Source: Myxococcales bacterium (GTDB lineage: Bacteria; Myxococcota_A; UBA9042; JABWCM01; BTVJ01). From it: 64,000 nucleotides of DNA. Below are positions 47,702-58,647 of the stretch, in pieces. The stretch is taken from positions 64,001-128,000 of the forward strand of contig BTVJ01000009.1 of the NCBI GenBank assembly GCA_045863395.1, given 5' to 3'. The translations under genes and the position numbers were made by a program. The notes under the pieces are model-generated. The model searched no databases and was not told the DNA's origin. It was given only the letters and a program-made list of their open reading frames with translations. Numbering within the stretch: position 1 is the first letter of the stretch; the number at the start of each line of letters is the position of its first letter.

Positions 47702-49522
47702 ATGAGCGCACCCAACGCAATGAAGCCCGGCGCGGGCAAGACCCCCGGAGGCGGCGCGTTCCTGGTCAACAAGTGCGGGGACCACGAGATCTTCACCCCC
47801 GAGAAGTTCGACAACGACACGCTGGAGATCGGCCGCACGGCCGAGCGCCTGCTGCTCGGCGAGGTCAAGCCCGCCGAGGAGCGCCTGGAGAAGCAGGAGC
47901 CGGGCCTGATGGTCTCGTTCCTCAAGAAGGCGGGGGAGCTCGGGCTGTTCATGATCGACATCCCCGAGCAGTACGGCGGGCTCGACCTGCCGAAGTCGGT
48001 CAGCATGCTCGTGGCGGAGAAGGTGGCGTACAACGCGGACTTCTCGGTGACCTTCGGCGCGCACGCCGGCATCGGGACGCTGCCCATCGTCTTCTTCGGC
48101 ACCGACGAGCAGAAGGCCCGCTATCTGCCGAAGCTGGCAACGGGCGAGCTGATCGGCGCCTACGCGCTGAGCGAGCCGGGCAGCGGCTCCGACGCCCTCG
48201 GGGCCCGCTGCAAGGCGATCTTGAACGAGGCGGGCACCCACTACCTGCTCAACGGCACGAAGCAGTGGATCACCAACGCCGCGTGGGCCGACGTCTTCGT
48301 CGTGTTCGCCCAGGTGGATGGCGACAAGTTCAGCGCGTTCATCGTCGAGAAGGACACCCCCGGCTTCTCGCTCGGGCCCGAGGAGAACAAGCTCGGCATC
48401 AAGGGGAGCTCCACGAGGGCGCTGATCTTCGAGGACGCCCCGGTGCCCAAGGAGAACCTGCTCGGCGAGATCGGCAAGGGCCACAAGATCGCGTTCAACA
48501 TCCTGAACGTCGGGCGCTTCAAGCTCGGTGTGGGCGTCACCGGCGGCGCGAAGCACATCCAGACCGAGGGCGTGAAGTACGCCGCCGAGCGCAAGCAGTT
48601 CGGCACGCCGATCATCGAGCTCGGGGCGATCCGGCAGAAGATCGCGGACATGGCCATCCTGACCTACGCGATGGAGAGCCTGTGCTACCGCATCGCGGGG
48701 TACATGGACAACCTCTCCGAGGGCCTCGACCACGGCGCCCCGGACTACGCGAAGAAGCTGATGCACGTCATCGAGGAGTACGCCATCGAGAGCTCCATCG
48801 CGAAGGTGTACTGCTCGGAGGGGCTCGGGATGGTCATCGACGAGTCGCTCCAGATCCACGGAGGCTACGGCTTCGTGAAGGAGTACCCGGTCGAGAAGCC
48901 CTACCGCGACTGCCGGGTCAACCGCATCTTCGAGGGCACCAACGAGATCAACCGGCTCCTGATCCCCGGCATGCTCCTCAAGCGCGCCATGGGCGGGAAG
49001 CTCCCGCTGCTCCAGCTCGTGCAGGGCATCGAGGGCGAGCTGAAGGAGGGCGCACGGGCCGAGGTGCCGGCCCTCTCGGCCGACGCGCCGCTGGCCCGCG
49101 AGGTCTTCGCCGCCGACCAGATGAAGAAGGCCGCCGCGCTGATCATGGGCGCCATGGCCCAGAAGTTCATGACCGCCATCGAGAAGGAGCAGGAGGTCCT
49201 GCTCGCCGTCGCCGACATGGTGATGGACGTCTACGCCGTGGACAGCACGGTGCACCGCACGCTGCAGCGCATCCGCGACGAGGGCGCCGCGGCGCTGGGG
49301 GCCCAGATCGCCGCGACCCGCGCCCTGACCGTCGAGGCCACGGACCGGCTGCACATGCGGGCGCGGCGCCTGGCGGTGGACGTCTTCGGCGAGAAGGCCG
49401 GAAAGCTCCTGGACAAGATCGACCGACTCCTCCCCACCCTCCCGACGAGCGCCATCGCTGAGAAGCGCCTCGTCGCGGATCACATCACCCGCGACCTCAA
49501 GTACAACCTCTCGCGCGTCTAG
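47702..49522 (+). CDS. Acyl-CoA dehydrogenase (long ~600 aa, Bacillus FadE-like type)
   Basis: GGAFLV...FTPE.F, AYALSEPGSGSDA, NGTKQWITN, QIHGGYG, RIFEGTNEINR; GGAGGA RBS. Confidence 0.92.
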   Translation: MSAPNAMKPGAGKTPGGGAFLVNKCGDHEIFTPEKFDNDTLEIGRTAERLLLGEVKPAEERLEKQEPGLMVSFLKKAGELGLFMIDIPEQYGGLDLPKSVSMLVAEKVAYNADFSVTFGAHAGIGTLPIVFFGTDEQKARYLPKLATGELIGAYALSEPGSGSDALGARCKAILNEAGTHYLLNGTKQWITNAAWADVFVVFAQVDGDKFSAFIVEKDTPGFSLGPEENKLGIKGSSTRALIFEDAPVPKENLLGEIGKGHKIAFNILNVGRFKLGVGVTGGAKHIQTEGVKYAAERKQFGTPIIELGAIRQKIADMAILTYAMESLCYRIAGYMDNLSEGLDHGAPDYAKKLMHVIEEYAIESSIAKVYCSEGLGMVIDESLQIHGGYGFVKEYPVEKPYRDCRVNRIFEGTNEINRLLIPGMLLKRAMGGKLPLLQLVQGIEGELKEGARAEVPALSADAPLAREVFAADQMKKAAALIMGAMAQKFMTAIEKEQEVLLAVADMVMDVYAVDSTVHRTLQRIRDEGAAALGAQIAATRALTVEATDRLHMRARRLAVDVFGEKAGKLLDKIDRLLPTLPTSAIAEKRLVADHITRDLKYNLSRV

Positions 49523-49547
49523 CGCAACCACCCCTGCATGAACCACG

Positions 49548-49573
49548 GGGGGCCGGGTCCCTGCCCGGCCCCC
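49548..49573. terminator. GC-rich hairpin between convergent genes (possible bidirectional terminator; no U-tract)
   Basis: GGGGGCCGGG-tccctg-CCCGGCCCCC perfect 10-bp stem. Confidence 0.55.
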
Positions 49574-49588
49574 TCCCTCACCCCCTCG

Positions 49589-50764
49589 TCAGACGGTCCG
49601 AGCGCCCGCGACCGACCGCAGCGTGATCAGCGGCAGCTCCGCCGGGCACGCGATGCGGAACGGGAACCAGTGGCCCGCCCCGGCGCTGGTGTAGAGGCGG
49701 CTGTCTCCCCGCTCGTACACCCCGAGCAGGTAGTGGTCCGGGAACAGCGCCTCGCCGACGCTGCGGCCGCCGAGCGCCATCTGGAGGCCGTGGGTGTGGC
49801 CCGCCAGCGTCAGATCGGCGCCGAGGGCCGACGCCGGCACGAAGCCGTAGGGCCGGTGGGACAGGACGATGGACGCGGCGTCATCCGGCCGCCCAGCCAG
49901 GGCCGCGCCCACGGAGCGCGCCAGGCGCTCGTCGGGGCCCAGGGCGCGGTTGCTCGGGTCGTCGGCGCCCGCGATCCACAGCTTCGGGTGGACCAGCAGG
50001 CCCTCGCTGCGCAGGAGCCGCACGTCGCTCGCGTCGTGGAGCCGCAAGACCTCGGCGATGCCCCGGTGGTACTCGTGGTTCCCCGGCACGGCGAAGGCGC
50101 CCAGGCGGGGCCGGAGCGCGGCGATCATGCGCAGCGCGTCGGGCAGCCGCAGCAGGTCGTCTGCGATGTCGCCGGTCAGCAGCACCAGGTCCGGCGAGGG
50201 CACGCGGGCGAGCCCCGACTCCAGGTGGTCGAGCCCCGTGAAGGTGCCGATGTGCACGTCGGTGATCTGGAGCACCCGCAGCCCGTCGAGCTCGGGCGGG
50301 AGGTTGGGGAGCACGAGGTCGAAGGCGTTGACCCGCGGCCCCGGGAGCGCGGAGAGCACGCCGACCCCGCTGCTCGCCAGGGACAGCGCAGGGGCGGCGC
50401 CGATGGCCCCCTGCAGGAAGGCGCGCCGGGCGGGGCTGAGGGGGGCAGCGGGCGGCGCCTCCGTGCGGCGGCGGACGGCGGCGCGGATCAGCGCAGACAG
50501 GGGAACGGCGACGCACAGGGGCACCGCCACCACGGAGACGACGGCGGCCATGGACGCGCCCGCGGTGGCCAGCCAGCGCACATGGATGATCGCCCCGAGC
50601 GACCACAGGGTCACGCCGAGGGCGCCCGCCACGAGGAGCCCCAGGAGGATGCGGCGCGTGCGCGGCGTCCACCACGGGCTCGTCACGCGGACCACGAGCA
50701 TCAGGGCGAGCACGGGCAGGATGGTCATGGCGAGCACGATGGCGTAGGCGGCGAAGGATCTCAC
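49589..50764 (-). CDS. Membrane-anchored metallophosphoesterase (YkuE-like)
   Basis: N-terminal TMs, RRAFL, TDVHIG, TGDIAD, GNHE, LSHRP, AGHTHG.Q; GTG start. Confidence 0.85.
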   Translation of the reverse strand: MRSFAAYAIVLAMTILPVLALMLVVRVTSPWWTPRTRRILLGLLVAGALGVTLWSLGAIIHVRWLATAGASMAAVVSVVAVPLCVAVPLSALIRAAVRRRTEAPPAAPLSPARRAFLQGAIGAAPALSLASSGVGVLSALPGPRVNAFDLVLPNLPPELDGLRVLQITDVHIGTFTGLDHLESGLARVPSPDLVLLTGDIADDLLRLPDALRMIAALRPRLGAFAVPGNHEYHRGIAEVLRLHDASDVRLLRSEGLLVHPKLWIAGADDPSNRALGPDERLARSVGAALAGRPDDAASIVLSHRPYGFVPASALGADLTLAGHTHGLQMALGGRSVGEALFPDHYLLGVYERGDSRLYTSAGAGHWFPFRIACPAELPLITLRSVAGARTV

Positions 50765-50911
50765 GGTGGGCGCTCCCAAAGGCGAGGAGGAGTCGACAGG
50801 ACCCGAACAAGCGTCGTTGCGACGGAATGCCCGGCCGCCGGGGATCCGGGCTTGCACCCTGTCGGCGCCCGCGGGTAGCATGCCCGTCCCGTGCAGCGCC
50901 AACGAGGTGAC

Positions 50912-52120
50912 ATGAGACGACTCGCACTTGCCGCGGCCATGCTGCTGGCCCTCGGCGCTGGCGCGGTCCTGGTCCACGGCCAGATCCCCGGCAACACCGC
51001 GTGGCCGTCGGTCCCGGAGCCGGACCAGATGCTGCTCACGTTTCCCGGCGACCCACGCACCAGCATCGCGGTGTCCTGGCGGACGTCGCCCAGCATCGGC
51101 GAGGGGGCCGTGGAGGTGCGTGAGGCGGGCAAGGTCCGACGGGTGCCGGCCACCCTGGACGAGCTGGACTCGGCGCGCTGGCGGCCGGTGGTCAATGATC
51201 GCGTGATCCACCGCTTCTCGGCGAAGATCGAGGGGCTGAAGGCGGACACGGCCTGTGAGTACCGCATCGCGTGGCCTGGGCCCGACGGCGAGCGCACGAC
51301 GGCGTGGCGCCCCTTCCGGACGGCGCCCGAGAGGGACGCCACCGTCACCTTCATGTACCTGGGCGACCCGCAGAACGGGCTCCGGGAGTGGTCGAAGCGG
51401 TTCCAGGCGGCCATCGACCGGCACCCGGAGGTGCGCTTCGTGCTCATCGCGGGGGACCTGGTCGACGACGGGGAGGCGCGGACCCAGTGGGACGACCTCT
51501 TCGGGGGCGCCGGCGAGGCGTTCGCGCGCGTGCCGCTGGTGCCCGTACTCGGCAACCACGACCACATCGGGAAGGGGGAGGAGCTGTTCACGCGGCTGTT
51601 CGTGCTCCCCGAGGACGGGCCGGTCGCGCCGGAGCACGTCTACGAGGTCACCTTCGGGCCGCTCCAGATCGCGGTCCTGGACTCGACGCGCCTCGACACC
51701 ATGGCGGAGCAGGCGGCCTGGGCCGACGCGACGCTGGCGAAGGGGGACGTACCGTGGCGCATGGCGAGCTTCCACCACCCCATCTGGCCCTCGAGCGGCC
51801 AGCGTGACAACCCGCAGGTACGCGATGCGCTGATGCCGGTGCTCGAGGGGCGCGGGGCGGTCATGGTCCTGACGGGCCACGACCACGCCTACGTGCGCAC
51901 GATGCCGCTTCGCAGCGGGAAGCCAACCGAGGGCGGCACGGTCTACACCATCGCCGTCAGCGGCTCCAAGATGTACCCGCAGAAGCCGCGGGACTTCTGG
52001 GCGGCGGGGTTCGAGAACACGGCGACCTACCAGCTCGTGACGGTGTCGCCCAAGACATTCACCTACGTCGCACACACCTGGGACGGCAAGGAGGTGGACC
52101 GGTGGCAGACCGCGCGCTGA
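50912..52120 (+). CDS. Secreted purple-acid-phosphatase-like metallophosphoesterase
   Basis: Signal peptide, FN3-like N-domain, GDPQ, AGDLVD, GNHD, FHHP, GHDHAY.R. Confidence 0.85.
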   Translation: MRRLALAAAMLLALGAGAVLVHGQIPGNTAWPSVPEPDQMLLTFPGDPRTSIAVSWRTSPSIGEGAVEVREAGKVRRVPATLDELDSARWRPVVNDRVIHRFSAKIEGLKADTACEYRIAWPGPDGERTTAWRPFRTAPERDATVTFMYLGDPQNGLREWSKRFQAAIDRHPEVRFVLIAGDLVDDGEARTQWDDLFGGAGEAFARVPLVPVLGNHDHIGKGEELFTRLFVLPEDGPVAPEHVYEVTFGPLQIAVLDSTRLDTMAEQAAWADATLAKGDVPWRMASFHHPIWPSSGQRDNPQVRDALMPVLEGRGAVMVLTGHDHAYVRTMPLRSGKPTEGGTVYTIAVSGSKMYPQKPRDFWAAGFENTATYQLVTVSPKTFTYVAHTWDGKEVDRWQTAR

Positions 52121-53274
52121 CCCAATGCGAAGGCCCGAGCGAGGAGTCCTGGCGTGCGCGCCTCGACGAGGACGCCCGCACCTGGCGCGAGGCGAGGGTG
52201 TCTCCGGACCTGGTCACCAAGTGGACCCGGCGGCTGCTCCACGAGTGGCGCACCATCAACTGGAGCCGCACGCGCGGGGCCATGCGGCCGCCCCAGATCA
52301 CGGTCAGCGGCGATCTCCGGCGCTGGGGGTCGTGGGACCCGGAGCTGCGCCTCCTGTCGATCAGCGAGCGCCAGATCGTGTGCTACACGTGGGACTCGGT
52401 GCTGGAGACGCTCAAGCACGAGATGGCCCACCAGTACGTGAACGAGATCCTCAAGATCATGGACGAGCCACCCCACGGGCCTGCGTTCCGACGCGCCTGC
52501 AAGCACCTCGGAGCCGACCCCGCCGCGCGGGCCAGCGGGGGCACCCCGCTCTCTGGAGGGACGCTGCCCGAGGAGCCGGCAGACCCGACCTTGCGCCGCG
52601 TCCGCAAGCTGCTCGCCCTCGCCGACCAGAACCCCAACGAGGCCGAGGCTCAGGCGGCCTACCGGCGCGCCAACTCCCTGCTGCTCAAGTACAACCTGTC
52701 CGTGGCGGACCTGGCGGAGGAGCGGGTCCACACCTGGCGACGACTGGGGGTCCCGTCGGGGCGCGTCTCCTCGGTGCATTACGGCATCGGCGGCATCCTG
52801 CGGGACTGGTTCTTCGTCGACGTGCTCTGGGTCCGCCACTATGTGGCGGCGGAGGACCGCGAGGGCCGCATCATGGAGGTCATGGGCACGCCCGCCAACG
52901 TGGACATGGCCGAGCACGTCCACGCCACCCTGTTGCGCGTCCTCGATGACCTGTGGGGCAAGTGGGCTCGGCGGAGCGGCGCGCGGGGAATCATGGCAAA
53001 GCGCGAGTACCAGGAGGGGGTGCTCGCGGGCTTCCAGGAGAGCCTGCGTGCGGGCCGGGAGGAGGACCGCAAGGAGGGCCTGGTCTGGGTGGGGGACCCG
53101 CGCCTCAAGCAGTGGGCCTCGGAGCGGTGGCCGATGCGCCGCACCGTCCAGCTCACCGGCGTGATGCGCACGGACAACCACGCGGCGGGGATCGAGGATG
53201 GCAGGAACGTGCGCATCCACCGGCCCGTGGGCGGGAGCGCCGACCGCGGGCGGCTGCTCGGGGGAGCGGGGTGA
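52102..53274 (+). CDS. SprT-like Zn metalloprotease domain plus DUF2786-like domain protein
   Basis: LKHEMAHQ...HGPAF..AC; RVRKLLALA...NEAEAQAA...A..LLLKYNL. Confidence 0.8.
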   Translation: MADRALTQCEGPSEESWRARLDEDARTWREARVSPDLVTKWTRRLLHEWRTINWSRTRGAMRPPQITVSGDLRRWGSWDPELRLLSISERQIVCYTWDSVLETLKHEMAHQYVNEILKIMDEPPHGPAFRRACKHLGADPAARASGGTPLSGGTLPEEPADPTLRRVRKLLALADQNPNEAEAQAAYRRANSLLLKYNLSVADLAEERVHTWRRLGVPSGRVSSVHYGIGGILRDWFFVDVLWVRHYVAAEDREGRIMEVMGTPANVDMAEHVHATLLRVLDDLWGKWARRSGARGIMAKREYQEGVLAGFQESLRAGREEDRKEGLVWVGDPRLKQWASERWPMRRTVQLTGVMRTDNHAAGIEDGRNVRIHRPVGGSADRGRLLGGAG

Positions 53275-53281
53275 GGGGGAA

Positions 53282-53355
<74 letters not shown>

Positions 53356-53366
53356 ACCGGAGCGGG

Positions 53367-53395
53367 ACTCTACGAGGGCGGTGGGGTCGCGTCAA
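53367..53395 (-). promoter_or_regulatory. sigma70 promoter of tRNA-Pro
   Basis: TTGACG-N17-TAGAGT on the minus strand ending 11 nt before the tRNA 5' end. Confidence 0.7.
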
Positions 53396-53578
53396 GTCGA
53401 ACGCGCAGGTGCGGCCGCGGTGAGTTGACCCTGCGCAGCTCGGCCCGCCTCCCCCTCTCGCTCCTCGTCTCCCTGAGATCACCGGCCGCGAACCCTCGCG
53501 ACCCAAGGCCACCGAAGAACGGTTGCATTCTTGCGACGATCTGCCTACCATCCTTCGGCGACTTCGCCGAGGTGACTA

Positions 53579-54103
53579 ATGAAATCAGGAAAAGGCGCGC
53601 ACTCCCTGGATGACATCGACCGCCAGATCCTGGAGATCCTCCAGGAGGACTGCACCACACCCCGCAACCGGGTCGCCGAGCTGGTCGGGCTCTCCGCGCC
53701 GTCCATCCACGAGCGCCTGCGCAAGCTGGAAGAGAGCGGGGTCGTGCAGGGCTACCACGCCGTGCTGGACGCCCGCACCCTGGGCCTCGACGTGGCGGCC
53801 TTCATCGGCGTGTCCGTGCAGCACCCCTCCCAGATCGAGGCCTTCGAGGACGCGGTGGTGGCGCTCAAGGCCGTCCAGGAGTGCCACCACGTCACGGGTG
53901 ACTTCACGCTGCTGCTCAAGGTGCGCACGGCCAACACCGCCACGCTCGAGGTGTTGATCAGCCGCATCCGGTCGCTGCCGGGGGTCGTCCGCACCGTGAC
54001 CATGGTGGTCCTGTCCACCCAGACCGAGCGGGTTGCCATCGACCTGGCCACGCAGGAGGAGCCGGAGCACCGGCCCCGCCCGCACCGTTCGCGGTACCGC
54101 TGA
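53579..54103 (+). CDS. Lrp/AsnC-family regulator
   Basis: LDDIDRQILEILQED...VGLSAPSIHERLRKLEESGVV.GY; ECHHVTG. Confidence 0.92.
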   Translation: MKSGKGAHSLDDIDRQILEILQEDCTTPRNRVAELVGLSAPSIHERLRKLEESGVVQGYHAVLDARTLGLDVAAFIGVSVQHPSQIEAFEDAVVALKAVQECHHVTGDFTLLLKVRTANTATLEVLISRIRSLPGVVRTVTMVVLSTQTERVAIDLATQEEPEHRPRPHRSRYR

Positions 54104-54174
54104 CGCGGTGACGGCCCCCAGACGTGAGAGGGGGCGCACCGGGGCGACCTTGGCGCCCACGGAAGGAGAGTCCG

Positions 54175-57100
54175 ATGAACCGAGAGCAGCTTGAGGCCTG
54201 GCGCGGTGCCTGGGATCGAGCCGAGGCGCTGGGCGCCTGGCACCCCGACCGGGAGCACGACGCGTGCGGCGTCGCCTTCGTGGCCCACATGCACGGCGCC
54301 AGCCACGACATCGTGCGGAAGGGCCTCGCCATCCTGGAGAGCCTGGCGCACCGAGGGGCCACGGGCGCGGACCCGCTGACCGGAGACGGCGCCGGCATCC
54401 TGCTCCAGATCCCCGACGCCCTGCTGCGCCGGGATCATGCGCTGCCCCCACGAGGAGCCTACGGGCTGGGGATGCTCTTCGTGCCGCTGGAGACCGGGGA
54501 GCGCGCACAGGCGACGGCGCTGGTCGAGCGCATCGTCGCCGAGGAGGGCCTGACCCTCCTCGGGTGGCGGGAGGTCCCCACGGACGAGACCCAGTGCGGT
54601 GACCTGGCGCGGGCGAGTCTGCCTGCGGTGCGGCAGATCCTGGTGACGGCGGACGACGACCAGGATCGCCTGGAGCGCCGCCTCTTCGTGACCCGCAAGC
54701 GCATCGGCCACGAGGCGGACGCGCTGGGGCTGCGGGTCTACGTGCCGTCCCTGTCCACGCGCACCGTGGTCTACAAGGGCCTGCTGATGGCCCACCAGGT
54801 GGCGGCGTTCTACCCGGACCTGCGGGACCCGCTGACGTCGTCGGCGCTGTGCATCGTGCACCAGCGCTTCAGCACGAACACCATGCCGTCCTGGGAGCGC
54901 GCGCAGCCGTTCCGGATCCTGGCGCACAACGGCGAGATCAACACGCTGCGCGGCAACGTGAACTGGATGCTCGCGCGGGAGGGGCTCTTCGCGTCGGAGC
55001 TGTTCGGGGAGGACATCCGCAAGCTGCTCCCGGTCATCGTCACGAGCGGCAGCGACTCCGCCATGCTGGACAACGCCCTGGAGGTGCTGCTCCAGACGGG
55101 CCGCTCGCTGCCCCACGCGCTGATGATGATGATCCCCGAGGCCTGGCAGAAGGCCACGGACATGAGCGACGCGCGCCACGCCTTCTACGAGTACCACGCG
55201 TGCCTGATGGAGCCCTGGGATGGCCCCGCGGCCGTCGCCTTCACGGACGGGCGCCACGTGGGGGCGCTGCTCGACAGAAACGGGCTGCGGCCGGCGCGCT
55301 GGCTCCGCACGAGAGACGGCCTCGTGGTGATGGCGTCTGAGACCGGCGTGCTGGAGATTCCACCAGAGGACATCGTCGAGCGGGAGCGGGTGAGGCCCGG
55401 GCGCATGATCCTCGTGGACACGGTGGAGGGTCGCCTGCTCCTCGACGACGAGATCAAGGAGGCGGTCGCGGCGCGCAGGCCCTACCGCGCCTGGCTGGAC
55501 GAGCACCTCGTGGAGCTGGATGACCTGCCCGGCGCGGAGGGCCCCCCGGCCCTGGACGCCGGCAGGCGTCAGTGCGCCCTGCGGGTGTTCGGATACACGA
55601 GGGAGGACGTCTCGCTCGTCGTCGCGCCCATGGCGGAGAGGGGGGAGGAGCCCATCGGGTCCATGGGCAACGACACGCCGCCGGCGGCGCTGTCCGAGCG
55701 CTCGCCGCTGCTCTTCGACTACTTCCGCCAGCTCTTCGCCCAGGTGACGAACCCGCCCATCGACCCCCTCCGCGAGGAGCTGGTCATGTCGCTGCGGACG
55801 ACGCTCGGGCCGCGCCGCAACCTGTTCGAGGAGACCCCGGAGCACTGCGCGCTGCTCGCCCTGCCCCACCCGCTCCTGACCGGCGCGGACCTGGCGCGCA
55901 TCGAGGCGCGGGGGCAGGTCGTGCGGCTGGACACGGTGTTTGCGGTGGAGGGGACGCTGGCCGAGGCGGTCTCGGGGCTGTGCGAGGCGGCGGCCGCGGC
56001 GGTGCGCGACGGGGCGACGCTGCTCGTCCTGACCGACCGGCGGCACGACGAGCTGCGGGCGCCCATGCCGAGCCTGTTGGCGACGGCGGCGGTCCACCAC
56101 CATCTCATCCGCGAGGGCCTGCGGGGGCGCTGCGCGCTGGTCGTCGACTCGGGGGAGCCCCGGGAGGTCATGCACGTCTGCCTGCTGCTCGGCTATGGCG
56201 CGGGGGCCATCCACCCCTGGATGGCCTTCGAGGCCGTGCGGGGGCTCATCGCAGAGGGCACACTGGTAGGGGTGGGGCAGGAGCTCGCGGAGCAGCACGT
56301 CGTGAAGGCCCTGTGCAAGGGCATCAAGAAGGTGATGTCCAAGATGGGCATCTCCACCCTCGACAGCTACCGGGGCGCTCAGATCTTCGAGGCCATCGGG
56401 CTCCAGAGAGAGCTGGTCGATCAGTGGTTCACGCGGACGGCCACCCGGCTCGGCGGCGCGGGCATCGAGGACCTCGCCGGCGAGTGCAGGGCGCGCCACT
56501 CCGCCGCGTGGAGCGGGGACTTGGGGGACTTGGGGGACCTGGGGGACGGCGGGCGGTACCGTTGGCGGCGTGATGGCGAGCGGCACGCGTGGAACCCGGG
56601 CACCATCGGGCTCCTGCAGCACGCGGTGCGCAAGGGGAGCTACGCGCAGTTCAAGCGGTACACGGCGGCGGTGAACGCGGAGAGCGCGGCGGGGCTGACC
56701 CTGCGAGGGCTCCTGGAGCTGGTGCCCGCCGGGGACCCGGTGCCTCTCGCGGAGGTGGAGCCCGCGAGCGCCATCGTCAAGCGATTCAAGACGGGCGCCA
56801 TGAGCCTCGGGGCCATCTCGCCCGAGGCCCACGAGGTCCTCGCCATCGCCATGAACCGGCTGGGCGGGCAGTCCAACACCGGCGAGGGCGGAGAGGACCC
56901 GGCGCGCTTCGGGACGGACGCCAACGGTGACTCCCGGCGCAGCGCCATCAAGCAGGTCGCGAGCGGCCGCTTCGGGGTGACGAGCCACTACCTGGTCAAC
57001 GCGGACGAGCTGCAGATCAAGATGGCGCAGGGGGCAAAGCCGGGGGAAGGCGGACAGCTCCCGGGCCACAAGGTGGACGATCACATCGCCTGGCTGCGGC

Positions 57101-58644
57101 ACTCGACCCCCGGCGTGGGGCTGATCTCTCCGCCACCCCACCACGACATCTACTCCATCGAGGACCTGGCGCAGCTCATCCACGACCTGAAGAACGCCAA
57201 TGATCGCGCGCGCATCAGCGTGAAGCTGGTCGCCGAGGTGGGGGTGGGGACGGTCGCCGCCGGCGTGGCCAAGGCGGGGGCCGACGTCATCCTGGTGAGC
57301 GGCGACTCCGGTGGGACCGGGGCGGCGCCGCTGTCGTCCATCCGGCACGCCGGCGTCCCCTGGGAGCTCGGGCTCAGCGAGGCGCACCAGGTGCTCGTGC
57401 TCAACCGGCTCCGCGGGCGCGTCCGCCTGGAGACCGACGGGCAGCTCAAGACGGGCCGCGACGTCGCGGTGGCCGCCATGCTCGGCGCCGAAGAGTTCGG
57501 CTTCGCGACGGCGGCGCTGGTGGCGAGCGGGTGCATCCTCATGCGCGCCTGCCACCTGAACACGTGCCCGGTGGGGGTGGCGACGCAGGATCCGCGCCTT
57601 CGGGCGCGCTTTGCGGGGAAGCCCGAGCACGTGACGAACATGATGACCTTCATCGCCGAGGAGCTGCGCGAGATCATGGCGTCCCTCGGCGTTCGCCGGG
57701 TGGACGACCTCGTGGGGCGGACGGACCTGCTGCGGCAGCGAGACTGCGGGGGGAAGGCGTCACGGCTGGACTTGAGCGGCCTGCTCCACCGGCCGGAGCT
57801 GGACACTCCCACCCGGTGGGTGGAGCCCCAGGACCACGGGCTCGACGAGGCGCTGGACCGCAGGCTGATCGTCGAGGCGCGCCCGGCGCTGGAGCGGCGG
57901 GCGGCGGTGCGCATCGAGGCACGGGTGACCAACGAGCACCGCACCGTGGGGACGCTGCTGTCTGCCGAGGTGTCGCGACGCTTCGGCCGGGAGGGGCTGC
58001 CGCCAGAGACCATCCGCCTCGACCTGCGCGGCACGGGAGGACAGAGCTTCGGGGCCTTCCTTGCGCCGGGGCTGGACGTGCACCTGGAGGGCGAGGCCAA
58101 CGACTACTTCGGCAAGGGGATGAGCGGCGGGCGTCTGGTTGTGGTGCCGCCGGCGGCGGCGACCTTCGCGGCCGAAGACAACGTGATCGTGGGCAACGTG
58201 GCGCTGTACGGGGCCACCGCCGGGGAGGTGTTCATCCGTGGCATCGCGGGAGAGCGCTTCGCCGTGCGAAACAGCGGCGCGACCGCGGTCGTGGAGGCGC
58301 TCGGGGATCACGGCTGCGAGTACATGACCGGGGGGGCGGTGCTGGTGCTCGGCCCCATCGGGCGCAACTTCGCCGCGGGCATGAGCGGTGGGGTCGCGTG
58401 GCTGTATGACGGCGACGGGCAGTTCTGGTGCCGGGTCAACCACGAGATGGTGGACCTCGAGCGGCCAGGAGAGGAAGACCTCGCGACGATCCGCGCCCTC
58501 ATCCGGCGGCACGTGGATCTGACGGGGAGCGCGCTGGGATGGCGGCTCCTGTCGGGGTGGCGGACGGCGGCGCCGCGCTTCGTCAAGGTGATGCCCGTCG
58601 AGTATCGCAAGGCGCTGGAGCGGACGGCGCGCAGGGCGAGGTGA
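54175..58644 (+). CDS. gltB: Glutamate synthase large subunit
   Basis: EHDA|CGV Ntn start, [30 protein letters not shown]5CX4C 3Fe-4S motif, GXGXG domain; AAGGAG RBS. Confidence 0.97.
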   Translation: MNREQLEAWRGAWDRAEALGAWHPDREHDACGVAFVAHMHGASHDIVRKGLAILESLAHRGATGADPLTGDGAGILLQIPDALLRRDHALPPRGAYGLGMLFVPLETGERAQATALVERIVAEEGLTLLGWREVPTDETQCGDLARASLPAVRQILVTADDDQDRLERRLFVTRKRIGHEADALGLRVYVPSLSTRTVVYKGLLMAHQVAAFYPDLRDPLTSSALCIVHQRFSTNTMPSWERAQPFRILAHNGEINTLRGNVNWMLAREGLFASELFGEDIRKLLPVIVTSGSDSAMLDNALEVLLQTGRSLPHALMMMIPEAWQKATDMSDARHAFYEYHACLMEPWDGPAAVAFTDGRHVGALLDRNGLRPARWLRTRDGLVVMASETGVLEIPPEDIVERERVRPGRMILVDTVEGRLLLDDEIKEAVAARRPYRAWLDEHLVELDDLPGAEGPPALDAGRRQCALRVFGYTREDVSLVVAPMAERGEEPIGSMGNDTPPAALSERSPLLFDYFRQLFAQVTNPPIDPLREELVMSLRTTLGPRRNLFEETPEHCALLALPHPLLTGADLARIEARGQVVRLDTVFAVEGTLAEAVSGLCEAAAAAVRDGATLLVLTDRRHDELRAPMPSLLATAAVHHHLIREGLRGRCALVVDSGEPREVMHVCLLLGYGAGAIHPWMAFEAVRGLIAEGTLVGVGQELAEQHVVKALCKGIKKVMSKMGISTLDSYRGAQIFEAIGLQRELVDQWFTRTATRLGGAGIEDLAGECRARHSAAWSGDLGDLGDLGDGGRYRWRRDGERHAWNPGTIGLLQHAVRKGSYAQFKRYTAAVNAESAAGLTLRGLLELVPAGDPVPLAEVEPASAIVKRFKTGAMSLGAISPEAHEVLAIAMNRLGGQSNTGEGGEDPARFGTDANGDSRRSAIKQVASGRFGVTSHYLVNADELQIKMAQGAKPGEGGQLPGHKVDDHIAWLRHSTPGVGLISPPPHHDIYSIEDLAQLIHDLKNANDRARISVKLVAEVGVGTVAAGVAKAGADVILVSGDSGGTGAAPLSSIRHAGVPWELGLSEAHQVLVLNRLRGRVRLETDGQLKTGRDVAVAAMLGAEEFGFATAALVASGCILMRACHLNTCPVGVATQDPRLRARFAGKPEHVTNMMTFIAEELREIMASLGVRRVDDLVGRTDLLRQRDCGGKASRLDLSGLLHRPELDTPTRWVEPQDHGLDEALDRRLIVEARPALERRAAVRIEARVTNEHRTVGTLLSAEVSRRFGREGLPPETIRLDLRGTGGQSFGAFLAPGLDVHLEGEANDYFGKGMSGGRLVVVPPAAATFAAEDNVIVGNVALYGATAGEVFIRGIAGERFAVRNSGATAVVEALGDHGCEYMTGGAVLVLGPIGRNFAAGMSGGVAWLYDGDGQFWCRVNHEMVDLERPGEEDLATIRALIRRHVDLTGSALGWRLLSGWRTAAPRFVKVMPVEYRKALERTARRAR
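56515..56547. repeat. 9-bp tandem repeat (GGGGAC(T/C)TG x3.7) inside gltB encoding [11 protein letters not shown]
   Basis: Read directly in the sequence. Confidence 0.8.
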
Positions 58645-58647
58645 GGC